Source of the DNA: an uncultured delta proteobacterium
GTDB lineage: Bacteria; Desulfobacterota; Syntrophia; Syntrophales; UBA2192
Direction of reading: 5' to 3'
DNA: 64,000 nt
NCBI GenBank assembly: GCA_963810965.1
Contig: CAWEPT010000005.1
Span: 12,244-76,243 of the forward strand
Positions 29,747 through 39,677 of this stretch are shown one piece after another; position 1 is the first letter of the stretch; the number at the start of each line of letters is the position of its first letter. A model generated the notes under the pieces. It searched no databases. It worked only from the letters and a program-made list of their open reading frames with translations, and was not told the origin of the DNA. A program made the translations under genes and the position numbers.

Positions 29747-31817
29747 ATGGCTGAAGCGGTACAGAGAGCACAGGCCCCGCCTCACTGGGCAGCAAACCCG
29801 GCAATGCTCATGGGCATCGGGGTCATCGGCGTCCTCATGGTCATGGTGATCCCCCTGCCGGCGCTGATCATCGACCTGCTGCTGTCGCTGAGCATCACGC
29901 TTTCCATCGTGATCCTGCTCATGTCCATGTTCGTCATGAAGCCGCTCGAATTTCTCCGCCTTTCCCTCCGTCCTTCTGACGGTGACCCTGTTCCGTCTTT
30001 CGCTCAACGTGGCCTCGTCGCGGCTCATCCTGCTCCACGGAAACGAGGGCACCGGGGCTGCCGGCCAGGTCATCAAGGCATTCGGGACCTTTGTCGTGGG
30101 GGGAAACTACGTGGTGGGGCTCATCGTCTTCGCAGTGCTCACCCTGATCAACTTCGTCGTCATCACCAAAGGCGCCACCCGCATCGCCGAGGTGGCGGCC
30201 CGCTTCACCCTCGACGCCATGCCGGGCAAGCAGATGAGCATCGACGCGGACCTCAATACCGGACTCATCTCCGAGGCCGATGCCCGGCGCCGGCGCGGCG
30301 AGATCGAGCGGGAAGCCGATTTCTACGGCGCCATGGACGGTGCCAGCAAATTCGTGCGCGGCGATGCCGTTGCCGGGATCATCATCATCTTCATCAATGT
30401 CGTCGGCGGCCTCATCGTCGGCGTGCTGCAGCAGGGCATGGACATCACCGATGCGGCCCGCAACTACACGCTGCTCACCATCGGTGACGGGCTCGTGACG
30501 CAGGTGCCGGCCCTGATCATCTCCACGGCCGCCGGCATGCTCGTGACGCGCTCCACCTCATCGTCCAATTTCGGACAGGACATCTCGGATCAGCTCTTCG
30601 CGCAGCCGAAGGTCATCGGCACGGCCGCCGCCATCCTCTTCATCTTTGCGCTGATCCCCGGGATGCCCAAGTTTTCTTTTTTCGTCATCGCCGCAGGGGC
30701 GGGCTTCCTGGCCTTCAGGCTCATGAAGGCGGCTGTGCCCGCCGAGGAGGCCGTGGAAGAGGAGGTAGCGCCGCCGTCGGCCATCGAGACGGTGGACTCG
30801 CTGCTGCCGCTCGATCTGCTGGAGATCGAGGTGGGCTACGGCCTCATCGGCCTCGTCGACATGGCCCAGGGGGGCGAATTGCTCCAGCGCATCAAGTCGC
30901 TGCGCAGGCAGCTGGCCCTGGAGATGGGATTTGTCATCCCGGCCATCCACATCCGGGACAATCTCCAGCTCAAGCCGAACCAGTATTCCGTCATCCTGAA
31001 GGGCGTTGAAATCTCCCGCGGCGAGCTGATGCCCGGGCACTGGCTGGCGCTCACGTCGGACAAGACCCCCAAGGTCAAGGGCATCGACACGAAAGAGCCC
31101 GCCTTCGGATTGCCGGCCGTGTGGATCTCGGAGAGGGAAAAGGAAAGCGTCCAGGCCCGCGGGGTGGTCGTCGTGGACCCCGCCACGGTGGCGACGACGC
31201 ATCTGACGGAGCTCATCAAGAGCCATTCCGACGAGCTGCTGGGGCGGCAGGAGGTCCAGTCGCTCATCGACAATCTCGGGAAGACCTACCCCAGGGTGGT
31301 CGAGGAACTGGTCCCGAAGGTGGTCTCCGCCGGGACGATCCACCGCGTGCTGCAGCGGCTGCTTCGCGAGCGGATCTCCATCCGCGACCTGCTGACGGTG
31401 CTGGAGACGCTGGCCGATTACGCGCCGCTCACGAAGAACATCGACATCCTGACGGGCTACGTGCGCCAGGCCCTGGCCCGGACCATCACGAAGCAGTACC
31501 GGGACGCCGAGGGCAACATTACCGTGGTGATGCTCTCGCCGGAGATCGAGGACAAGATCAGCCACTCCGTCCAGCACACGGAGTTCGAGTCCTACCTCAC
31601 GGTGGACCCGAACTGGGTGCAGAAGATCGTCCGCAGCGTCCAGAAGTACATCGGCGCCTTCACCTCGCGGGGCCTGCAGCCCATCGTGCTGTGCTCCCCG
31701 GGTGCCCGGATTCATTTCCGGAAGGTCCTGGAGAAATTTTTCCCGAACATCATCGTGCTCTCTCACAACGAAATCACGCACGATGTGAACATCAAATCAT
31801 TGGGGATCGTGGAGTAG
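29747..31817 (+). pseudogene. flhA: flagellar export apparatus protein FlhA, one frame break
   Basis: Fragments 29747..~29950 and 29982..31817. KPLEF|SAFPSVLLTVTLFRLSLNVASSRLILL is restored by removing one T from TTT at 29951-29953. Confidence 0.9.
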
Positions 31818-31821
31818 AGCC

Positions 31822-32992
31822 GTGCAGATCAAGCGTTTCGAAGCCGCCAGCACCCAGGAAGCCTTGTTGAAGATCAAGAACGAGCTCGGGCCGGATGCCG
31901 TGGTGCTCTCAACGCGAAAACTTCGAAGCGGGCGGGTCCCGCTTTTCGAGGTGACCGCCGCCGTGGATGAGCGACCGGAAGGACCGCGCGTCAAGCCGCT
32001 TCCCCTGCCTGCAGGGGCTGCCCAGGCAGCGCCGGCACGGGGCGACGAAGAGACCCTGGCTTCTGCGCTGCGCCGCGAGCGTGGAGGAGATCAAGACGCT
32101 GCTCGCCGAGACGGCCACGCGCCCTTTCCCCTACGGGGAGTTCCTGGAGATGAAGGAGATGCTGGACACCTTCTTCGACACCATGGGCTTTCAACGGAAG
32201 GAGAAACTCTCCGGGGCGCTCTTGAAGATCTATCATCACATGGTCTCCATCGGCGTGTCGCGCTCGAGGGCCTTTCTGCTGGTCAGCACGCTGAACCGCA
32301 ACCTCCCGGCCGTGGATCTGCAGGACGAGGAAGGCCTGTACCGGGTCGCCGAAAAACTGCTGGCCCGCTCCATCGGCCTGTCTTACCGGAGCGCGGAGCG
32401 CAAAAGGATCTGTGCCTTCGTGGGCCCCACGGGCGCGGGAAAAACGACGACGCTGGCAAAAATCGCCGCCCGCTCGGCCCTCGAGGAGAAGCTGAAGGTG
32501 GGGCTGATCACGACGGATACCTACCGCATCGCAGCGGTGGAGCAGCTCAAGACCTACGCCCGCATCATGGAGATCCCCATCGAGGTGGTCCCCGACAAGA
32601 CAGCATTCAGGCGGGCCCTGGCGAAACTGTCGGACCGGGATCTCGTTCTGGTGGACACGCCCGGCAAGAGCTCCGTGGAGCCCGGTTACATCGACAAGCT
32701 GCGGGATCTCTTCCAGCTCGAGAACCCCGTGGAAACCAATCTGTTGCTGCCCCTGACGTCGAGCCAGGACAACCTTGCCGAGAATCTGGCGCGGTTCAAG
32801 CCCGTCGGCTACCAGTCGATCATCTTCACCAAGCTCGACGAGAGCCGCCATTTCGGCATGATCTACAACGTGATCGATCAGGAGCGCAAACCCGTTTCCT
32901 ATGTGACCAATGGCCAGAACGTTCCCCAGGACATCGAGAAGACCGACGCGGGCCGGCTGGCGAAGATCATCATGACCCGGACCCTGCACTGA
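31822..32992 (+). pseudogene. flhF: flagellar SRP-type GTPase FlhF, one frame break
   Basis: GTG 31822. MQIKRFEAASTQEALLKIKNELGPDAVVLSTRK. The GTPase part (FVGPTGAGKTTTLAKIA, TTDTYRIAAVEQL, LVDTPG) is in the +1 frame. Junction at ~32065-32085. Confidence 0.88.
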
Positions 32993-33055
32993 AAAGATGG
33001 AAGTTAAGAAGTTAGGAAGCTAAGAAGCTAAGATGACAAAGAAGGGAAGAGGGAC
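32993..33055 (+). repeat. tandem octamer array GAAGYTAA x6-7
   Basis: gaagttaa gaagttag gaagctaa gaagctaa gatgacaa agaaggga. Starts right after the flhF TGA. Confidence 0.8.
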
Positions 33056-33140
33056 GTTCACCCTATCACCTTCGCAATTTGCGGTTTGATGCGGGATGCA
33101 CTCCCGATAGAAAAGACGGCGGCTTGGAGGACACTTTCAC

Positions 33141-34055
33141 TTGGATCAGGCTTCAATGCTCAGGCGAATGAAGAAAGCGTCGGAAGAGAAGAATGGATCG
33201 ACAGCTCCCCTCCCGGGAAGCGCGGCGGAGGAGCAGTTGACCCAGCGGCCCATCCGTGTCATTGCCATCACGAGCGGCAAAGGCGGCGTGGGCAAGACCA
33301 ACATCGCCACCAACCTGGCCTGGCATCTCTCGCAGATGAATAAAAAAACCCTCATCCTCGATGCCGACATGGGCCTGGCCAACATCGACGTGATCCTGGG
33401 GCTCGCCCCGAAGTACAACCTCTCCCATGTCCTGAGCGGGGAGAAGGCGCTGGCCGACGTGATCCTCGAAGGGCCCGGCGGCATGCAGATCCTCCCGGCC
33501 AGCTCGGGAATCCAGGAAATGGCGGAGCTCTCGAAGGGGGAGAAGCTGGCCCTGATCGATGAGCTGGGGGGGCTTGGCGGGGAGTTTGACTTCCTGCTCA
33601 TCGACACGGCGGCGGGCATCGCCGGCAATGTCATCTACTTCAACGTAGCCGCCCGGGAGATCATCGTCGTCGTCTCCCCGGAGCCCACGTCCATCACGGA
33701 CGCCTATGCGCTCATCAAGATCCTCTACAGCAACTACGGGGAGAAGCGCTTCATGCTTCTCGCCAACCGGGTCAAGAATTCAGGCGAGGCCCGGGAGGTG
33801 TTCCTGAAGGTGAGCAATGCCACCTCCCACTTCCTCAACCTCTCCATCGAATACCTGGGCTACGTCCTCGACGACACCCGGGTGAGCGATGCGGTGAGGC
33901 AGCAGAAGGCCCTGGCGGAGATCTACCCCGATTCCAGGGCGAGCAAGTGCCTGCAGTCCATCGCCCGCAAGCTCTGCAGGATCCAGCCCGAGTTCTGCGA
34001 GTCGGGAAGCCTGAAGTTCTTCTGGAAATCGATCGTCGATAAAGGACGCGGATAA
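33141..34055 (+). CDS. flhG: MinD/ParA-type flagellar number regulator FlhG (FleN)
   Basis: Deviant Walker A ITSGKGGVGKTNIATNLA. Position between flhF and fliA. TTG 33141 lies 10 nt after GGAGG; ATG 33156 is an alternative start. Confidence 0.9.
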   Translation: MDQASMLRRMKKASEEKNGSTAPLPGSAAEEQLTQRPIRVIAITSGKGGVGKTNIATNLAWHLSQMNKKTLILDADMGLANIDVILGLAPKYNLSHVLSGEKALADVILEGPGGMQILPASSGIQEMAELSKGEKLALIDELGGLGGEFDFLLIDTAAGIAGNVIYFNVAAREIIVVVSPEPTSITDAYALIKILYSNYGEKRFMLLANRVKNSGEAREVFLKVSNATSHFLNLSIEYLGYVLDDTRVSDAVRQQKALAEIYPDSRASKCLQSIARKLCRIQPEFCESGSLKFFWKSIVDKGRG

Positions 34056-34063
34056 GGGACGAC

Positions 34064-34774
34064 GTGAACAGGAAAGAACGGGACAAGCTGATTCTGAAAT
34101 ACGCTCCGCTCGTCAAGAGCATTGTCGACAGGATCGCCTGCAAGGTACCGGGGCATGTGGCCGAGCGGGATGATCTCGTCAACGTGGGAGTCATCGGCCT
34201 GATCTCCGCCCTGGAGAAATTCGACAAGTCGCGCAACGTGCAGTTCGAGACCTACGCCCGCTTCCGCATCCGCGGGGCGGTCCTCGACGAGCTGCGGGCG
34301 AGGGACTGGCAGCCGCGATCGGCACGGAACAAGGACGCCAGGATCGAGAAGGCGATGCGGGCCCTGCAGAAGCAGCTGGGCCGGCCGCCCGACGAGATGG
34401 AAGTGGCCGTTTTTCTCGACCTGCCGCTCGAGGACTACTATCAGCTCCTCGACGAGGCCTCGGGGGTATCCCTTCTCTCGAGCGAGGATCTGCCGCCCGA
34501 CTACTGTGAGAAGTACGCCACCTACGACGTGCTGGAGAAGATGGACCAGGGCTCTCCCCTGTCGATCCTGGCCCGGGGCGAGGTGAAGAAGATCCTCAAG
34601 GACGCCATCGAGGCGCTCCCCGACAAGGAAAAGCTGGTGCTGTCGCTCTACTACTATGAAGAGCTCACCATGAAGGAGATCGGCTGCGTTCTCAGCCTCA
34701 CCGAATCGCGGGTCTGCCAGCTCCACTCCCAGGCCGTGCTGCGGCTGCGGGGCAGGGTGAAGGACCTGAGATAA
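34064..34774 (+). CDS. fliA: flagellar sigma factor FliA (sigma28)
   Basis: Sigma70 regions 2-4: DDLVNVGVIGLISALEKFD, FETYARFRIRGAVLDELR, LTMKEIGCVLSLTESRVCQLHSQAV. Confidence 0.93.
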   Translation: MNRKERDKLILKYAPLVKSIVDRIACKVPGHVAERDDLVNVGVIGLISALEKFDKSRNVQFETYARFRIRGAVLDELRARDWQPRSARNKDARIEKAMRALQKQLGRPPDEMEVAVFLDLPLEDYYQLLDEASGVSLLSSEDLPPDYCEKYATYDVLEKMDQGSPLSILARGEVKKILKDAIEALPDKEKLVLSLYYYEELTMKEIGCVLSLTESRVCQLHSQAVLRLRGRVKDLR

Positions 34775-34786
34775 GCAGGCAAAACC

Positions 34787-35428
34787 ATGGCAAGACGCGT
34801 TGATCTTGATCTTCTGGAAATGGACGCGGTGACGGCCCCCCCGCCGGACGCGCCCCCCGCATCCGGCACGGAGCCGGGACAGGCGCCCGAGGTCCGGGGT
34901 TCGCTGCGTTTCCGGTTCCGGAATCTTCTGCAGAACACCCTGGGCCGGTTCAAACGCCCCGACGTTGCCTTCAACTGGAAATCCCTTCTGGGCTGGAAAG
35001 TGCTGGTGCCTGCCGGGGCCGTGGTTGCTCTCCTTGTGAGCGCCTCCGTCGTCTACGTTCTTACCCAGAAGCAGGAAGCGGCGAGGATCGCCGCTGAGCA
35101 GAAGAGCCAGGCCGCCTCCGCGGTTCCGGTGGTCCGCGAGGCCGTCTTCGCCGATTTCAGCATCGACCTCAAAGACGCCCAGGGCCGTTACCGGTTCCTG
35201 CAGTGCGACGTCACCATCGAGTTCCAGTCGGAGGTGACCCTGACGGAGGATCGGAAGGTGGAGATCCGCAAGATCATTTACATGTCGGCCAAGAAGAAAG
35301 GACCTGAACTGATCCGGGTCTCCGATTCCGGCGAGAGGTTCAAGAAGGAGATGCGCGGCGAGCTCCGGGATCTCCTGGGCGAAGGTGCGCTGAAGGACGT
35401 TTACATCACCCGGTATGTGCTGATATAA
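34787..35428 (+). CDS. FliL-family membrane protein (second paralogue)
   Basis: One TM helix (WKVLVPAGAVVALLVSASVVYVL). C-terminal pattern RYRFLQCDVTIEFQSE...LKDVYITRYVLI parallels FliL. Confidence 0.6.
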   Translation: MARRVDLDLLEMDAVTAPPPDAPPASGTEPGQAPEVRGSLRFRFRNLLQNTLGRFKRPDVAFNWKSLLGWKVLVPAGAVVALLVSASVVYVLTQKQEAARIAAEQKSQAASAVPVVREAVFADFSIDLKDAQGRYRFLQCDVTIEFQSEVTLTEDRKVEIRKIIYMSAKKKGPELIRVSDSGERFKKEMRGELRDLLGEGALKDVYITRYVLI

Positions 35429-35470
35429 AAGACAGGGTAAAGGGTTAAGGGTCAAGGGTACAGGGGGCAA
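35429..35470 (+). repeat. tandem heptamer array GGGTNAA x6
   Basis: aaagaca gggtaaa gggttaa gggtcaa gggtaca gggggca, then agaaa-ATG. Confidence 0.85.
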
Positions 35471-35474
35471 GAAA

Positions 35475-35816
35475 ATGAAAATACTGGTAAAAATTGCATT
35501 CGTCATTATGATCATCGCACTTCATGCCAGTTGGGCGCATGCCCTCACGACGGATGAGGTCATCAAGCTCAAGAAGGCAGGCGTGAGCGATGAGACCATA
35601 CGGACCATGATCGAGCAGGAACGGGCCGCGAAGGAGCAAAACCCTTCCGACCAGATCGGGGTGAGGGAGGTCAAAGATGCCGAGGGGAACACGTCGGTCA
35701 TCTATTCCACCGGCGCCCCCAAAGCCCCCACGCAAGGCGGTTCGGAACAGGAAAAGGTTGAGAAGGCATGGAAAATGCTTCAGAATCAAAATATGATTAT
35801 CGACAACCGCCGGTAG
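35475..35816 (+). CDS. hypothetical secreted protein (113 aa)
   Basis: Signal peptide MKILVKIAFVIMIIALHASWAHA. No family recognised. Confidence 0.5.
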   Translation: MKILVKIAFVIMIIALHASWAHALTTDEVIKLKKAGVSDETIRTMIEQERAAKEQNPSDQIGVREVKDAEGNTSVIYSTGAPKAPTQGGSEQEKVEKAWKMLQNQNMIIDNRR

Positions 35817-35850
35817 AAGAAGGGTAGAAGGGTAGATAAGAATACGGGTC
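35814..35850 (+). repeat. short tandem array GGGTAGAA x3
   Basis: gtagaaga agggtagaa gggtagata agaatac. The stop codon lies inside the first unit. Confidence 0.6.
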
Positions 35851-35896
35851 TTCAGCGAGTTTCGAAGGCGTCCGGAAGAAAGCGGAGAAAGAGGAT

Positions 35897-36721
35897 ATGA
35901 TCAAGCCCAAGGAAGTGAAGGAAACGCGGGAAGTGGATGTTTACAGGTTCCTGGAGCGGGAATTCGAAGGCACGTTCATCGAGGAGCTCATCCCGGGGAT
36001 CCTGCACAACTTCGCCAATCCCCTCAACGGGATCATCGGCCGCACCCGGCTCCTGCAGCGGCGTCTCGAGGAGGCGATCCGCAAGACCCGCGAGGCATTC
36101 CCGGAGGCGGAACGCATCCTTTCGGAGGATCACGCGAAGCTGCTCAAGGACATCGAACTCATCACCCACGAGTCGGACCGGCTCTTTGACCTTTTCAAGC
36201 ACGTTTCCGGGAAGTTCTACGCCATCGGCGACCGCAACATGCAGCAGGTCAACATCTCGGAACTCGTGGAGAACGAGATCCGGTTTTTCGATTTCTACCT
36301 CGATTTCAAGCACAATGTGAAGAAGATCATGGACCTCGACGGGGATCTGCACGACGTGAGCGGCTCCCCCGCCGACTACTCCATGTTCATCTCCACGTGG
36401 GTGCGCTACGCGATGGAGGCCATGAGGGAGAGTCCCGTGAAGGAATTCTTCGTCTCCACGACACGCCGCAACGGCCACGTCATCCTCAAGTTTCAGGACA
36501 CGGGAAGGCCGCTGCCGGCTGAGCTGAAAGAAGCGATCCTGAAGGGACGCCCGGGACAGGGATTGAAGGACGAGTGGGCCTCGAGGCTTCTGCTGGCCGT
36601 TTCTCTCGTTCGCAAGTACGACGTGACCTTTGAGTTCGGCCACGAGGCGGGGATCAATATCTTCTCCATCGAAATTCCCTGTAAGTCCGTGGGAATGCGC
36701 AAAAAGGCGGTGCGAAGATAA
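35897..36721 (+). CDS. soluble histidine-kinase-like protein (no sensor or TM domain)
   Basis: H-box-like IPGILHNFANPLNGIIGRTRLL. C-terminal ATPase-like region (HVILKFQDTGRPLPAE...GQGLKDEWASRLL). Confidence 0.6.
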   Translation: MIKPKEVKETREVDVYRFLEREFEGTFIEELIPGILHNFANPLNGIIGRTRLLQRRLEEAIRKTREAFPEAERILSEDHAKLLKDIELITHESDRLFDLFKHVSGKFYAIGDRNMQQVNISELVENEIRFFDFYLDFKHNVKKIMDLDGDLHDVSGSPADYSMFISTWVRYAMEAMRESPVKEFFVSTTRRNGHVILKFQDTGRPLPAELKEAILKGRPGQGLKDEWASRLLLAVSLVRKYDVTFEFGHEAGINIFSIEIPCKSVGMRKKAVRR

Positions 36722-36775
36722 AGCAGGGTACAGGGTAAAGGAGTCCAGGGTACCAGAGAAGAGCAGTAAAGAGTT
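36722..36775 (+). repeat. tandem heptamer array CAGGGTA-type
   Basis: agcagggta cagggta aaggagtc cagggta ccagaga agagcag taaagag, directly after the stop codon. Confidence 0.7.
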
Positions 36776-36812
36776 CATCACAGGCTCATTATCATAAAAA
36801 GCACGGCGGGAT

Positions 36813-36840
36813 TAAAGATTAAGGCCTGATCCGTCGATTG
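36813..36840 (+). promoter_or_regulatory. sigma28 promoter candidate
   Basis: TAAAGATT-N12-GTCGATTG. Weaker match than the other three sigma28 sites. Confidence 0.35.
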
Positions 36841-36928
36841 CATGAGCAGGGACTCCGGAAGAACCCTTCCGAAGGCCCTCGGTTGCTGCTGCCCAAGGGT
36901 AAACCGTTCCGGAGGAGGTGATCCGGTC

Positions 36929-37249
36929 ATGTTGAGGGCGGTCGATGTACAGCAAGTCCTGTTGCAGACGACGTCGGTGGAGCGAATCCAGCAGACGCAG
37001 CAGCAGCAGTCCGACCTCCAGCAGCGCTACATTGCCATGCACTCCATCGAGGAGAAGAAGATCCTCAAGGAGAAGGTCAAGGAATCGGATGAGACCGATA
37101 AGGCCCGGATCCAGCGCGAGGAGGAACGGGAGCGGAAGCGCAAGCTGGCCCGGGATCATCAGAAGGCGGAGCAAAAGCAGTTGCTGACTCCCGAGGAGGA
37201 CGAACCTCCGGAGGAGGGGATGGGGGGCAGGATCAACATCCGCGTCTAG
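36929..37249 (+). CDS. hypothetical charged coiled-coil protein (106 aa)
   Basis: ATG 36929 after GGAGGAGG. Gln-rich then Lys/Glu-rich sequence. No family recognised. Confidence 0.5.
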   Translation: MLRAVDVQQVLLQTTSVERIQQTQQQQSDLQQRYIAMHSIEEKKILKEKVKESDETDKARIQREEERERKRKLARDHQKAEQKQLLTPEEDEPPEEGMGGRINIRV

Positions 37250-37262
37250 CGGCCCTCAGGCC

Positions 37263-37292
37263 GCAGTGACCAGTGAGCCGGTGACCAGTGAA
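37263..37292 (+). repeat. tandem heptamer array GTGACCA x4
   Basis: gcagtgac cagtgag ccggtgac cagtgaa. Confidence 0.7.
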
Positions 37293-37410
37293 GCTGCCGC
37301 CGCGCGGCAGGGCAGAGATAAGGGCATCCCCTCCGGCTGAATCTTCATTGAACGCCCGCCTGCAAGTCCCTGGCGACAGCCAACCGAAAATCGACAATCG
37401 ACAGCGTTGC

Positions 37411-37899
37411 ATGTTCATGACCGACATCAATCCCCAGGTCTTTTTTGCCATCCAGGTCGCGGCCGACGTCGTGCTGTGTTTTGCCGTCATCTTCATCCTC
37501 AGCCGGGTCAATCGGGAGTTGAAAGGACGAAAGTCGACGATCGATCCGAAAGCCATGTCTGAACTGGGGCGGCTCATCCAGGAGTCCCAGAACGCCACCT
37601 CGAATCTGATGCAGGCGATGGAGGAAAGCAGAAAGGCCCTCCGGGACGTATCCCTGTCGATCGACGAAAAGGAAGACCGCCTGAAGCGCCTCATGAAGCA
37701 GGCATCCTCCCACATCGACAGGCTCGACAAAACAAGCGCCGTCCTGGAGGAAGCCCACCCCGGCAAGAGGAACGGCGAGGTGATGCGGCTTGCCGATCAG
37801 GGGTTTACGCCGGCCGAGATCGCCGACAGCCTCGGGCTTACGGAAGGGGAGGTCAGCCTCATCCTTGACCTTGCCCGCCGCAGAAGTGACGGCCGCTGA
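37411..37899 (+). CDS. membrane-anchored protein with C-terminal HTH-like tail (DUF2802-like)
   Basis: TM helix VFFAIQVAADVVLCFAVIFIL, coiled coil, tail MRLADQGFTPAEIADSLGLTEGEVSLILDL. The family assignment is from memory and needs an HMM check. Confidence 0.5.
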   Translation: MFMTDINPQVFFAIQVAADVVLCFAVIFILSRVNRELKGRKSTIDPKAMSELGRLIQESQNATSNLMQAMEESRKALRDVSLSIDEKEDRLKRLMKQASSHIDRLDKTSAVLEEAHPGKRNGEVMRLADQGFTPAEIADSLGLTEGEVSLILDLARRRSDGR

Positions 37900-39045
37900 T
37901 GCCCTCCGGTGTCCATTTCCCGCCTGTCTTCAAACCGCTCGTTGACCCTGTCCTGCAAATCAAGCTTGCGCAGCAGCCTTCAACCGGCCTGTCCGTCGGG
38001 CAGACGGTGGAGGCCCGTGTGATGGAGAGGCTGGAGGACGGCAGGTTCATCATCCGCATCGGCTCGAGCCACCTCACGGCGGAGGCGGAGCCAACCCTCA
38101 AGCCGGGGCAGGCGATGACGCTCCGGGTGGACAGCCTGAACCCCAGGGTCCTGCTGTCGGTTGCGCCCCCGCCCGAAGAGCGCATCACCGCAGAGCAGCT
38201 GCGGGTTTTCCGCTCCAACCCCGGCGCGCTCACGCAGAGCCTTGCCGAGCTTGCCGAGATCGTCGGCGGCATGCGGGGTGCCGACTTCTCCCGCCTCGCG
38301 GGCCGCGACAACATGGCGGTTCTCCTCGATGCGCTTTCATCGGCCATGCTGGGCCGGGAGCAGATCGAAAGGGGCTTTTCGCTGCGCGATGCCGTCCGGG
38401 CCCTGGGGCTGCATCTCGAAGGCGATCTGAGAAAGGCCCTGGAGAGCCCCGGTTCGAACCCGGTTCCCTCACAGGCCGGCCTCAAGGCGAGCCTGATGAA
38501 GGTTCTCGAGGAATTCCAGGCGAAGCTCCAATCAGCGGAAATCACTACCGCCGACGCGAAGGCGATCCGGGAGCTCACCCCGGCCCTGGAAAGTGCCGTT
38601 CGGGCCATTGAGAGCCAGCAGGTTCTCAACGTTCACTTCCAGCAGACCGAGGGGAAGCTTCTCCTCCAGGTTCCCCTCATCCTGCCCGGCCTCACGGGGA
38701 AAGCGGATATTTTCATCCGCGATGAGGAATGGCGCCCTGGCAAGGGGGAGCAAAAAGAGGCTTTCCGGGTGGTCTTTGCCCTCGAGATGGATGCCCTGGG
38801 CGACGTGATGGCCCAGGCGCACTTTCGCGCAAAAGAGGCGACCGTCCGGATCTATTGCGAAAGGGAGACCTGTCGCATCCTTTATTTCCGGGCTGCTGCC
38901 GGAACTGGAAAAACATCTCATTGAGGCGGGCTACCATGTGGCGAAACTTGTTGCCTCTGCGGACAGCAATGTCCGGGAGGCGATGGAAGAGTGCATCCGG
39001 GAAGAATTGTATGGGGATGGGCAGACGTTGAGCGTTTTTGCATGA
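37899..39045 (+). pseudogene. FliK-like (hook-length-control C-terminal domain) protein, one frame break
   Basis: Track ORF 37899..38924. The tail ...FISGLLPELEKHLIEAGYHVAKLVASADSNVREAMEE...LSVFA* continues in the +1 frame from ~38880 and ends in an ATGA overlap with the next gene. Confidence 0.6.
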
Positions 39046-39371
39046 AGAAGCGTCGAGCGCGGAGCGTGCAGCGTATGAAGAAGCAAAAAAGAGAAACCGA
39101 GAAGCCGAAGGTTGCGGCGGCGATCCGATACGATGCCGCCAGGGACGATGCCCCGAGGCTCACGGCAAAAGGGCAAGGTCATGTGGCCGAGAGGATCATC
39201 GAGCTTGCCCGGCAGCACAACATCCCGGTCCGCAGCGACAAGGCCCTGATCCAGATCCTGAGCCAGCTCGACATCGACCGGCACATCCCGCCTGAACTGT
39301 ACAAGGCCGTGGCGGAGATCCTCGCCTTTGTCTATTCCGCGAACGAGAAGTACCGGGAAGAACCAGGGTAA
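39042..39371 (+). CDS. FlhB C-terminal-domain-like protein (EscU/YscU family fragment, YlqH-like)
   Basis: KVAAAIRYDAARDDAPRLTAKGQGHVAERIIELARQHNIPVRSDKALIQIL...IPPELYKAVAEILAFVY parallels the post-cleavage FlhB-C domain. Confidence 0.8.
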   Translation: MKKRRARSVQRMKKQKRETEKPKVAAAIRYDAARDDAPRLTAKGQGHVAERIIELARQHNIPVRSDKALIQILSQLDIDRHIPPELYKAVAEILAFVYSANEKYREEPG

Positions 39372-39418
39372 AGGGTAGAGGGTACAGGGTACAGGGTACA
39401 GGGCAAAGACAGAATCCA
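39363..39418 (+). repeat. tandem heptamer array AGGGTAC x7
   Basis: ccagggt aaagggt agagggt acagggt acagggt acagggc aaagaca. The TAA stop at 39369-39371 lies inside the array. Confidence 0.9.
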
Positions 39419-39570
39419 GGCAGAAAGACATCCCGCAGGCAATAATTTCCCGAACTGACCCAAAATTGCCCGCCCGGCACCGGTCAACCCGCCGTCCCTT
39501 TCTTCCGCGGATTTGCCAAGTAAAAAGTAACTCATCTTAATATCAATTATATCAAGCTAGTTATAGTCAT

Positions 39571-39620
39571 TTCCCTCCTGTCCCTGAACCCTGTACCCTG
39601 AACCCTTTACCCTGCTCCCG
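39571..39620 (+). repeat. tandem heptamer array TGNACCC x7 abutting a sigma54 promoter
   Basis: ttccctc ctgtccc tgaaccc tgtaccc tgaaccc tttaccc tgctccc. Inverted relative to 39363-39418. An AT-rich block lies at 39520-39570. Confidence 0.9.
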
Positions 39621-39636
39621 TGGCACACCCGTTGCC
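39621..39636 (+). promoter_or_regulatory. sigma54 promoter of flgF operon
   Basis: TGGCAC-acccg-TTGCC. Confidence 0.8.
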
Positions 39637-39677
39637 TTCTATGGGGTCAGCACCTTGAGGAGAGGAAACGATTACCC

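Noticed and set aside
39363-39620. Heptamer arrays as a CRISPR array.
   Set aside because: Units are 7-9 nt and directly tandem with no unique spacers. There are no cas genes, and repeat length is far below CRISPR repeats.
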